From: Candidatus Latescibacterota bacterium
GTDB taxonomy: Bacteria; Latescibacterota; UBA2968
DNA: 64,000 nt
Direction: 5' to 3'
NCBI GenBank assembly: GCA_965116885.1
Contig: OZ220741.1
Span: forward strand, 2,272,001 to 2,336,000
Shown here: positions 47,808 through 56,375 of the stretch, piece by piece
How the letters are laid out: every line of letters begins with the position of its first letter
Numbering within the stretch: position 1 is the first letter of the stretch
Made by a program: the position numbers and the translations under genes
Notes under the pieces: generated by a model
The model's database searches: none
Told to the model about the DNA's origin: nothing
What the model saw: only the letters and a program-made list of their open reading frames with translations

Positions 47808-47895
47808 GGTTAGTGATTAGTGGTTAAGGGTTAGTCCGCCCAGCCCCCAATCCCTCTATTATTTTATCTGCGTCCATCTGCGTCCATCTGCGGAT
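47808..47895. repeat. Heptamer array (GGTTAGT-like x4) and decamer array (ATCTGCGTCC x2 plus ATCTGCGGAT)
   Basis: Arrays at 47808-47835 and 47866-47895. Confidence 0.75.
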
Positions 47896-48665
47896 GCTTT
47901 TTCCCCTCTGAGCATTTGATCGCGGTGATAAATCGCGCCGCCTTCGGCATTGCCCACACCTCCCAGGCGTCCGCCGATATGGATTTCGCCGGCTTGCATT
48001 TGTTCGCCGATAGATCTGCCAGCGTCTCCCGAGACTTCAATTCGTCCGTCTATCATACCCGCGCCCAGATAGTGTCGGACATTTCCCTCGACCTTCAGGC
48101 AGCCTCCCAGGAGCGAAATGCCCGTGAGGTCGCCCAGGTCGCCCACAATGGTCAGTGTCATGTCTTTGCGAAGGCGATATCCCATGAGGGACAGGCGCAA
48201 GTCGTGACCCGTGAGATCGAGATGAATATCCGACTGAGACGATGCGTTGCAAAAGGCCGATAAGAACAAGCCGAGGGGTTCCATGACAAAAAAAGCCGCG
48301 TCATTGCTTTGCAGGGCGTGCGCGCAAAACGCTTCGATATCGGTTATTTCCCAATCGATTTTTTCCACTATCTGCGATGCCGCAGCATAGGTCGATTCAA
48401 TGGTTTTGCGGTCGGCTTGCCAGAGTCCCTCGCCGACGCCTTCGGCGATCAGGGTGCGGTAAGCTGCTGTCAATCGATCCATTGTCTCGGTGTGAGATGC
48501 GAGAATTTCATCCATGGGCATGACGCGCTTTTTGTGTGCATCTTCGACAAATTCGGCGAAGGGATTGCGCTTTGCGGATAGTAAGCCGTTGACGCGCTCT
48601 GCGTTTTCAGGGTTTAGATCGGATGGTGCAATCCGATCAAATTCTCGAAATGGATTTTGTCGCAT
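47859..48665 (-). CDS. GXGXG beta-helix (FwdC/GltB C-terminal-like) domain protein
   Basis: IVGDLG..G....GG.L.VEG.V...G..M..G.I.V.GDAG..G..M..G.I.I.G repeats; helical N-terminal half. Confidence 0.8.
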   Translation of the reverse strand: MRQNPFREFDRIAPSDLNPENAERVNGLLSAKRNPFAEFVEDAHKKRVMPMDEILASHTETMDRLTAAYRTLIAEGVGEGLWQADRKTIESTYAAASQIVEKIDWEITDIEAFCAHALQSNDAAFFVMEPLGLFLSAFCNASSQSDIHLDLTGHDLRLSLMGYRLRKDMTLTIVGDLGDLTGISLLGGCLKVEGNVRHYLGAGMIDGRIEVSGDAGRSIGEQMQAGEIHIGGRLGGVGNAEGGAIYHRDQMLRGEKASADGRRWTQIK

Positions 48666-48680
48666 GTCTGGCTCTTGGAA

Positions 48681-50003
48681 TTACGAAAATTCTGGACGTG
48701 CAGGCTCTTGTCCCAGGTCGCGCATAATTTCCATGTAAATGGGGTGTTCGCCCTGAATGGGTTTCTCGTCGGCACCACTCAAGATGTGGTTGGCAGTCAT
48801 TAGAGCTGTTTGGATGCGTTCGCTTTGCTCGGTATAGCGCCGAAAGACTTGCCGCACCGCTTCTCGCGCTCTGTGAATGGGCAATACATCATCCCGGTGG
48901 TCTTGCGCTTCTTCCTCATCTCGCCATTGGATGCGGTGAGCACAGGTATATGGCAATATGGTGCGGATATGTTCGATATGCACTTCTTTGTCATGCAGGA
49001 TCCAGGCGAGTGCCTGTGCGTAGCGCCGGATGGAAATGGGCAGGCGATTGGACGGGCATGTCTGTACTTCGTAACACAGGTAGCCCGTGTAATGACAGCC
49101 TTCGCCGCAGACTTCATTTGTGCGTTTTTGTCCGTATTTGCAGCAGAAAGACAATTCGGCCAAAAAGGTTCGAATATAAGCACTGGCATCGGTCTGGAAA
49201 GGCAGTGCGCTCATTTCACTGCGGATCGTTTCGCGCTCGGTACGCCCCAGGGTTGGTACGGATAAACGCTCGGAGATCGCTTTTCCATAATCCTCGCAAA
49301 TGGCTTCTATCTCTGCTTCGGCGTTGGGGTTGACCAGACAGGCCTGGAGTGCCTGTTCGCGTTGGGGATCTCTCAGGAGATGTGCAGGAGAGGATTCGGT
49401 GCCGATCATCCAGGACAAATTCGCGCCCGGATACTTGGATTCCACCATTACGTCAAAGCGGTCCAAAAGGGGTACAACGATGGTATTTGTGCCGCGGTCC
49501 TGATAGTTGGCCGTTGCGAACAAACAGTATTCTTCGTTGATTTGCATCTGGTTCAAGTAGGACCAGTTGCCGCGATCCACGCCATTGAGGATCAAGCTCT
49601 GCTTTGTTTCCGGCAGGCGGTTGATTTCATCTACGACTTTGACGGGTAAGACGGAAAATGCCGACCACACCACATCTTCTTCGCCGCGGTTGAGTGCGCC
49701 GAGGTTTGGGCGCCCGACGATTTTTTCTTCGGTCTGTTCGGGATGGCCACTTACTTCGGCTTCCCACACAGCCCCCAATGGCATGCGATATAGTAGCGCG
49801 CCGATATACTCTGCCGATGTTGTTTTGCCCAGGCCGGGTTCGCCTACGATCAGAATTTTGCCACCTAATAATCCCGTTAGCGCGCTAAGTAACAAAGCGG
49901 CATTGTGTTTTTGTCCTTCGATCTCCAGGTCTGCCCGATTAAAATACAACCGATCCTGGATAAAGGTCAAGATATCGTGTACTGTTGTTTGTAAATCGGC
50001 CAT
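48681..50003 (-). CDS. MoxR-like AAA+ ATPase
   Basis: Walker A GEPGLGKT, Walker B VVDEINRL, ATAN, LLDRF. Confidence 0.88.
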   Translation of the reverse strand: MADLQTTVHDILTFIQDRLYFNRADLEIEGQKHNAALLLSALTGLLGGKILIVGEPGLGKTTSAEYIGALLYRMPLGAVWEAEVSGHPEQTEEKIVGRPNLGALNRGEEDVVWSAFSVLPVKVVDEINRLPETKQSLILNGVDRGNWSYLNQMQINEEYCLFATANYQDRGTNTIVVPLLDRFDVMVESKYPGANLSWMIGTESSPAHLLRDPQREQALQACLVNPNAEAEIEAICEDYGKAISERLSVPTLGRTERETIRSEMSALPFQTDASAYIRTFLAELSFCCKYGQKRTNEVCGEGCHYTGYLCYEVQTCPSNRLPISIRRYAQALAWILHDKEVHIEHIRTILPYTCAHRIQWRDEEEAQDHRDDVLPIHRAREAVRQVFRRYTEQSERIQTALMTANHILSGADEKPIQGEHPIYMEIMRDLGQEPARPEFS

Positions 50004-50012
50004 GTCTTGACC

Positions 50013-50840
50013 TCAGTCTGCCTGGGAAGAGGCGGCGGAGCGTCGGCGCAGCCATTCGACGGTGAGCAGTAGCAACACGGCAAAGGCGATCAAGAATGTT
50101 GCGACGGCGAGGATGGTCGGGCTGATTTGCTCGCGAATGCCCGCCCACATCTGGCGCGGGATGGTGCGCTGTTCTATGCCGCCCATGAAAAGGACGACAA
50201 CGACTTCGTCAAAAGATGTTGCAAACGCGAAGAGCGCGCCAGAAATAACGCCCGGTGCGATTAGCGGCAGTTGTACCCTGCGGAACGTGAGGAGCGGTGA
50301 GGCACCGAGGCTTGCGGCAGCGCGCGTCAGGTTTGTATCAAAGGCGGATAGGGTAGCGGTTACAGTGATTACGACAAATGGTGTGCCCAGTGCGGCGTGG
50401 GATAGGATCAATCCGATGTGGGTTTGTGCGAGGCCCAGGGTTGAGTAAAAAAAGAACATGCCCGCAGCCGAGATGATTACCGGTGTGACCATCGGCGAGA
50501 TCAATAGCGCCATTGCGATGCGGCGACCCGGCATGGCGGGGCTGGATAGACCCAGCGCGGCGAGTGTGCCCAGCGCGGTTGCCAGTGCGGTAGAAGCGAT
50601 GCCGATGATCAGGCTGTTGACCAGCCCGCGTGTCCACAGTTCGTTTTCGATGATTTGTCGATACCAGCGCAGAGAATACGCTTCGGCGTCCAGGCGCAGC
50701 ATGCCTTCGGTGAAGGTAAAATAGGGTTCGGCATTGAAGCTCAGGGGTACGATCACCAGAATTGGCGCGATCAGGAACGCGAAGATCAGGATGCAGGAGG
50801 CCAGATACGCGCCCCGACCAATGTGTTGTGTCGAGATCAT
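50013..50840 (-). CDS. Polyamine/opine-type ABC permease (PotC-like)
   Basis: AAASLGA EAA loop; FATSFDEVV. Confidence 0.9.
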   Translation of the reverse strand: MISTQHIGRGAYLASCILIFAFLIAPILVIVPLSFNAEPYFTFTEGMLRLDAEAYSLRWYRQIIENELWTRGLVNSLIIGIASTALATALGTLAALGLSSPAMPGRRIAMALLISPMVTPVIISAAGMFFFYSTLGLAQTHIGLILSHAALGTPFVVITVTATLSAFDTNLTRAAASLGASPLLTFRRVQLPLIAPGVISGALFAFATSFDEVVVVLFMGGIEQRTIPRQMWAGIREQISPTILAVATFLIAFAVLLLLTVEWLRRRSAASSQAD

Positions 50841-50841
50841 G

Positions 50842-52056
50842 TTAGCCCAATTTCATGCGGTCAATGCCGACTATGCGGTCGTAGAGCAGATAGAGCGCGA
50901 TTACGCATACCAGCAAGATGCCGCCAAGTGCCCCGGCCAGACTCCAGTTGAGCGAGGTCTGCATGTGGTAGGCGATCATGTTGGAGATGAGTTGTCCGGT
51001 GCTGCCGCCTACCAGCGCGGGGGTGATGTAGTAGCCGATGGCGAGGATGAATACCAGCAGCGATCCGGCGCCTACGCCGGGCAGGGTCTGCGGCCAGTAC
51101 ACGCGCCAAAATGCCTGAAAGGAACTCGCCCCCAGCGACGCAGCAGCACTCATCTGGCTCGGTGGGATGGCGCGCATGATGGAGTATAGGGGCAGGATCA
51201 TAAAGGGCAGGAGCACATGGGTCATTGCCACCAGTGTGCCAGTCATGTTGTAGATCATGGCGAGGCGGCCGTTGTCGCCGATTAGCCCAATTGTGACGAG
51301 TAAGTCGTTGATTACGCCCTGGGTCTGGAGCAGTACGATCCAGGATGTGGTTCTCACGAGGAGCGATGTCCAGAAGGGCACGAGTACGAGGATGAGGAGC
51401 AGGTTTGCGATGCGCGGAGGCGAATGCGCGATTAAGTGGGCGATGGGATAGCCGAGCAGCAGGCAGATGGCGGTGATGCCGAGGCTCACGACAAAGGTGC
51501 GCCACAAGAGGGATAGATAGATGCGGCGCTCTGGGGGCTGGCGAGCGATGGATCCGTCAGGCAGGGGTTTCAGGTCGATGGCATTGAGATAGTGCCGCGC
51601 GGTGAAACGGTCCCCAGCACTGCGGATCGCGTGCCAGGTTTGTACATCGCCCCATGCGGTATTAAGGCCGATCATGGCATCGCGATAGGGACCTTCGAGG
51701 ACGTTTTGCAATCCTCTCGCACTGCGCGTGAAGACGCTGCGCAGGCCCGGATGTACGCGGTTGACGCGGGTGGCGACCCGACCCAGCGAGCGATCTGTGC
51801 GCGCTTTTAATAGCTCGCGTGCAGCCGCTGCGTACACTGCCTCATCGGGTGTGCTCTTTCCATCCCACTCTCTCAGAAGACCGAGGGTTTCGGGGAGGGC
51901 ATCGCCTACTGTGGGATCGTACACACTGTGTACGAGCATTGTCGCCAGCGGCGCGATAAAGGTGACGCCAATGAATGCCAATAGCGGCAATACCAATCCC
52001 GTAGCGCGCAGCCGCGGGCGGAGGATGGAGGTTTTTATGTTTGTATCTGGGTTCAT
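50842..52056 (-). CDS. Polyamine/opine-type ABC permease (PotB-like, large periplasmic insert)
   Basis: PFWTSLLVR, HVLLPFMILP, AAASLGA, GYYITPALVGG. Confidence 0.9.
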   Translation of the reverse strand: MNPDTNIKTSILRPRLRATGLVLPLLAFIGVTFIAPLATMLVHSVYDPTVGDALPETLGLLREWDGKSTPDEAVYAAAARELLKARTDRSLGRVATRVNRVHPGLRSVFTRSARGLQNVLEGPYRDAMIGLNTAWGDVQTWHAIRSAGDRFTARHYLNAIDLKPLPDGSIARQPPERRIYLSLLWRTFVVSLGITAICLLLGYPIAHLIAHSPPRIANLLLILVLVPFWTSLLVRTTSWIVLLQTQGVINDLLVTIGLIGDNGRLAMIYNMTGTLVAMTHVLLPFMILPLYSIMRAIPPSQMSAAASLGASSFQAFWRVYWPQTLPGVGAGSLLVFILAIGYYITPALVGGSTGQLISNMIAYHMQTSLNWSLAGALGGILLVCVIALYLLYDRIVGIDRMKLG

Positions 52057-52079
52057 TTTTTAGTACACCGCGATATCTC

Positions 52080-53186
52080 TCACTGAGCCAGCCAGGCACT
52101 GAAGCGTTCGTTCATTTCGTCGATGTGATCGCTCCACCATTCCCAGGAATTTCGCAGGGCGCGCTTAGAATTTTCTGGGCTGTTGGGCATGTGGGGATTC
52201 ATTTCCACGCCTTTCTCGGCGTGTGTCGATATCAGTGCCTCCGCAGAGTGGCGCGTGGGGCTGTAGGCGATGTAACGGCCGACGCCAGCTATGGCTTTCG
52301 CCGTTGCGGCGAAATTGAGAAATTTTTTTGCAGCTTCGAGGTTCCGCGTTCCCGCGACAATGACAAGCCCGCCTGTATCCAGTATTTGCCCGTCCCATAC
52401 GATGACAAAGGGCTGATCTTCCAATACCTGTGCATTGAAGATGCGTCCGTTGTAGGCTGTGGACATCACGACCTCGCCATCGGCGAGCATCTGCGGTGGC
52501 TGTGCCCCGGCTTCCCACCATACGATGTGGTCTTTGATGGTGTCCAACTTGCGGAAAGCGCGGTCCACGCCTTCGGGCGTATTGAGGGTGGGATATACTT
52601 TGTTGAGTGGTACGCCATCGGCGATCAGTGCAAATTCCAGGTTTGCCAGAGGTGTGCGGCGCATGCCTCTGCGTCCGGGGAATTTTTCGAGGTCAAAGAA
52701 ATCGGCCATTGTGGTGGGTTTTTCTCCCGGGATATTCTCTTCGTTGTACGCATATACGGTGGAGTAAAATATCGTTGCCGGACCGCAATCCGTCATCGTG
52801 CCGAGCGGAAAATCCTGTGCCGCAGGCGTTCCATCGGCGCCCGCTGGCAGCGAGTTGACCGGGATGGGTTCGAGCAGGCCCTCGTCACAGCCTCGCACCA
52901 TGTCGGGAATTTCCATATCGACAACATCCCAATGAACATTGCCCGATTCGACCTGTGCGCGGATTTGTGCCAGCCCGCCGTTGTAGTCTTCGAGGTTGAT
53001 TTTAATGCCTGTTTCAGCGGTGAATGCCTCGTGGTAGCCTTTGACGCATGCGCGCGCATAAGATCCGCCCCAGGAGACCACGGTCAGCGGTCTATCGTTG
53101 GCAATTGCACGATCTGAGGTCCATATCGCCAGTGCGGTCAGTACAGTTAGATAAAATGCCGTTTTACGCGTGTTTTTCCACTTCAA
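52080..53186 (-). CDS. ABC substrate-binding protein, PotD/PotF-like (copy 1, SPI signal)
   Basis: VSWGGSY, WDVVD, AYNGR; TTG start with AGGAGGA SD. Confidence 0.9.
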   Translation of the reverse strand: MKWKNTRKTAFYLTVLTALAIWTSDRAIANDRPLTVVSWGGSYARACVKGYHEAFTAETGIKINLEDYNGGLAQIRAQVESGNVHWDVVDMEIPDMVRGCDEGLLEPIPVNSLPAGADGTPAAQDFPLGTMTDCGPATIFYSTVYAYNEENIPGEKPTTMADFFDLEKFPGRRGMRRTPLANLEFALIADGVPLNKVYPTLNTPEGVDRAFRKLDTIKDHIVWWEAGAQPPQMLADGEVVMSTAYNGRIFNAQVLEDQPFVIVWDGQILDTGGLVIVAGTRNLEAAKKFLNFAATAKAIAGVGRYIAYSPTRHSAEALISTHAEKGVEMNPHMPNSPENSKRALRNSWEWWSDHIDEMNERFSAWLAQ

Positions 53187-53223
53187 GTTATGTCCTCCTT
53201 TTACGGTATGAATAGAATATCCC

Positions 53224-54324
53224 TTACTGCGCCAGCCAGGTGCTGAAGCGTTCGTTCATTTCATCGATATGAACGCTCCACCATTCCCAGGCATTTCGCA
53301 GGGCGCGCTTAGAATTTTGCGGGCTGTTGGGCATGTGGGGTTTCATATCAATGTCCTTTTCGGCATGTTTCGATATCAGTGCCTCCGCAGAGTGGCGCGT
53401 GGGGCTGTAGGCAATGTGGCTACCGACACCGGCCATGGCTTTCGCTGTTGAGGCGAAATTGAGAAATTTCTTTGCGGCTTCGAGGTTCGGCGTTCCCGCG
53501 ACAATGGCGAGACCAGATAGATCCAGTATTTGTCCGTCCCACACGATGACAAAGGGCTGATTTTCCAATACCTGTGCATTGAAGATGCGCCCGTTGTAAG
53601 CCGTGGTCATGACCACCTCGCCATCGGCGAGCATCTGTGGCGGCTGTGCTCCAGCTTCCCACCATACGATGTGGTCTTTGATGGTGTCTAACTTGCGAAA
53701 GGCGCGATCTACGCCTTCGGGCGTATCGAGGGTGGCATATATCTTGTTGAGCGGTACGCCGTCTGCGATTAGTGCGAATTCCAGGTTCTCCTGGGGTGAG
53801 CGGCGCATGCCCCGTCTTCCGGGGAATTTTTCGAGGTCAAAGAAGTCGGCCATTGTGGTGGGTTTTTCTCCCGGGATATTTTCTTTGTTGTACGCGTATA
53901 TGGTGGAGTAAAACAGTGTTGCTACGCCACAGTCTGTCGATGTCCCGAACAGGAAATCTTCTTCCGCAGGCGTTCCATCGGCTCCCGGTGGCAGCGAGTC
54001 GATCTCAACGTGTTCGAGCAGGCCCTCATCGCAGCCTTGCGCCCATGTCGGGAATCTCAAATCGACAACATCCCAATGCACATTGCCCGCCTGAATCTGT
54101 GCGCGAATCTGCGCCAGCCCGCCGTTGTAGTCTTCGAGGTTGATTTTAATGCCTGTTTCAGCGGTAAATGCCTCGTGGTAGCCTTTGACGCAGGCGCGTG
54201 CATAAGATCCGCCCCAGGAGACCACAGTCAGCGGTCGGTCTTCCAAAAAATTACAGCCCAGAGTCAACATCGCCAGCGCGGTTATTACCGCGGTGCATAA
54301 CGTCTTTCTCTGTTTGGTATTCAT
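53224..54324 (-). CDS. ABC substrate-binding protein, PotD/PotF-like (copy 2, lipoprotein)
   Basis: LTLG-C lipobox; about 85% identical to copy 1 by manual count. Confidence 0.9.
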   Translation of the reverse strand: MNTKQRKTLCTAVITALAMLTLGCNFLEDRPLTVVSWGGSYARACVKGYHEAFTAETGIKINLEDYNGGLAQIRAQIQAGNVHWDVVDLRFPTWAQGCDEGLLEHVEIDSLPPGADGTPAEEDFLFGTSTDCGVATLFYSTIYAYNKENIPGEKPTTMADFFDLEKFPGRRGMRRSPQENLEFALIADGVPLNKIYATLDTPEGVDRAFRKLDTIKDHIVWWEAGAQPPQMLADGEVVMTTAYNGRIFNAQVLENQPFVIVWDGQILDLSGLAIVAGTPNLEAAKKFLNFASTAKAMAGVGSHIAYSPTRHSAEALISKHAEKDIDMKPHMPNSPQNSKRALRNAWEWWSVHIDEMNERFSTWLAQ

Positions 54325-54327
54325 GTC

Positions 54328-55431
54328 TTAATCCTCCTCGTCGTCCGGGTCGAGTACCCGACAGTCTGTTGGTGTCCAGCCGATGCGAATTTTATCGCCT
54401 TTCAACACGGCTCCGTGTCCCACGATATTGGGTATTTTTGCGATGAATTCCAAGGACTCGCACACGTTCAGGCGAAAGCGCAGATGGTCGCCCAGAAAGG
54501 TGATGTCCTCGACTTTTGCTTCGAGTTCATTGGTGTACAGACCCGGTTCGGGTTCAATGGCGACGCGTTCCGGGCGAATCGACAGCGTGGTGGCGTCGCC
54601 GATCTGGCAAGGTGCAATGCGCAACGCATGGATGATTTGCCCGCCGGTTTCCACTTCGCAGATGTCCCCTATTACTTTTTTTACGCGGCCGTGCAGGCGG
54701 TTGTTTTCGCCGATGAAGCGGGCTACAAATGAACGCTCTGGCTCTTCGTAGAGGGCCTCGGGTTCGGCAATTTGCTGGATGTCTCCCCCGCGCAGGACAG
54801 CGATGCGGTTCGACATTACCATGGCCTCTTGCTGGTCGTGCGTGACGTAAACAATAGTTACGCCGAGACTCTGGTGGATATGGCGGATCTCGTACTGCAT
54901 CTCCTCGCGCAGGCGCCGGTCAAGTGCGCCGAGGGGTTCGTCCATTAGCACCAGATCGGGTTCAAATACCAGTGCGCGGGCGATTGCCACGCGTTGCTGC
55001 TGACCGCCAGAGAGTTGGTTGGGCCGGCGGTCTTCCAGGCCGCTGAGGCGAACCAGGTCCAGGGCACGCGCTACGCGTTCGCGACACTGCTCGCGGTCAA
55101 ATCCGCGCACTTCAAGGGGAAAAGCGAGGTTGCCGCCCACTGTCATGTGTGGGAAGAGGGCGTAGTTCTGAAATACCATGCCAATGCCTCGCCTGCGCGG
55201 GGGCAGTGTGTGTACAGAACGCCCGTCAATGCGGATATCGCCCGATGTGGGTGTCTCAAAGCCAGCGAGCATCATCAGGCAGGTCGTTTTCCCCGATCCG
55301 GATGGGCCGAGCAGGGTTAGAAATTCGCCCCTGTGGACGCTGAAGTTGACGTTTTGGACAATTAGTGTGCGTCCGTCGTAACTTTTGCAGACATTCTCAA
55401 ATTCGACGTAGGCGTTATTGTTTGAGGACAT
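54328..55431 (-). CDS. ABC ATPase with TOBE domain (PotA-like)
   Basis: GPSGSGKT, LSGGQQQR, MDEP, VTHDQ; start reassigned to 55431. Confidence 0.93.
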   Translation of the reverse strand: MSSNNNAYVEFENVCKSYDGRTLIVQNVNFSVHRGEFLTLLGPSGSGKTTCLMMLAGFETPTSGDIRIDGRSVHTLPPRRRGIGMVFQNYALFPHMTVGGNLAFPLEVRGFDREQCRERVARALDLVRLSGLEDRRPNQLSGGQQQRVAIARALVFEPDLVLMDEPLGALDRRLREEMQYEIRHIHQSLGVTIVYVTHDQQEAMVMSNRIAVLRGGDIQQIAEPEALYEEPERSFVARFIGENNRLHGRVKKVIGDICEVETGGQIIHALRIAPCQIGDATTLSIRPERVAIEPEPGLYTNELEAKVEDITFLGDHLRFRLNVCESLEFIAKIPNIVGHGAVLKGDKIRIGWTPTDCRVLDPDDEED

Positions 55432-55610
55432 TCCCGTGTCCTTATCCGAAGTACAGAAAGCACAGATCGACAAGCTGGCGGAATCAAGATTTGAAGTAAA
55501 TTCAATATTACTCAAATGTCAACGTCTTTCCTCTTTCGCCATGTCGCGCTTCGCTATATATTTTAGAAGCTATCATCAACATTTATTATTTTTGGGAGGA
55601 GTCAGATTAT

Positions 55611-56375
55611 ATGCGGTACAAACGCGTTGTTCTCAAACTCAGTGGTGGCGCTGTTTCAGGTGCTCTGGAATCGGGATTTGACCCGGAGGCACTCGAACAT
55701 ATTGCCGACGAGATTCTCGATATTCACAGCCGGGGCATTGAAATCGGTATTGTTATTGGCGGGGGCAATATTTTTCGGGGCGAGCAGAGTGTGCGGTGGG
55801 GTATTGAACGCTCCGAAGCCGATAATATCGGCATGCTCGGCACGATTATCAACAGCCTGATGCTGCGCGGTGTGCTCAATGCCAAAAGCGATGCTGAGGT
55901 GCGCGTGATGACCGCGATTCCGATTAACGCAGTCGCAGAACCCTTTATTCGGCTGGTTGCTGCTCGACATCTCGATAAGGGGTATATTGTCATTTTTGCC
56001 GGTGGTATTGGCAATCCCTTTCTCACGACAGATTATCCCGGCGTACAGCGCGCGCTCGAGGTTCGCGCAGAAGCTATTTTGTTTGCCAAGCACAAAACCA
56101 ATGGCATTTATACAGACGATCCGAATAAAAATACCGATGCCAGGCTCTATCGCCGCATCAATCACGATACAATTATTCAAAAGAATCTGGGTGCTCTGGA
56201 TCAGTCTGCGGTGATTCTCGCGCGAGACCATCATTTGCCGATTCACGTTTTTGACTTTGAACAAAAAGGCATGATGCGCCGCATTGTGGAGGGCGAGGAT
56301 GTCGGTACTCTGATTGCCCAAACGCCAGAAGATGTGCTTGAGGAAGAAACAGTCACCCAGGAGAATTCCATATGA
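55611..56375 (+). CDS. pyrH: UMP kinase
   Basis: YKRVVLKLSG, GGGNIFRG, ADNIGMLGT, GNPFLTTD, GIYTDDP. Confidence 0.9.
   Translation: MRYKRVVLKLSGGAVSGALESGFDPEALEHIADEILDIHSRGIEIGIVIGGGNIFRGEQSVRWGIERSEADNIGMLGTIINSLMLRGVLNAKSDAEVRVMTAIPINAVAEPFIRLVAARHLDKGYIVIFAGGIGNPFLTTDYPGVQRALEVRAEAILFAKHKTNGIYTDDPNKNTDARLYRRINHDTIIQKNLGALDQSAVILARDHHLPIHVFDFEQKGMMRRIVEGEDVGTLIAQTPEDVLEEETVTQENSI

Noticed and set aside
47859..48665. Formylmethanofuran dehydrogenase subunit C or glutamate synthase
   Set aside because: Only a short GXGXG region matches and no fwdA/B/D or glt genes are adjacent.
55493..55522. Minus-strand sigma70 promoter for the ABC operon
   Set aside because: TTGACA is present but the -10 match at normal spacing is poor.
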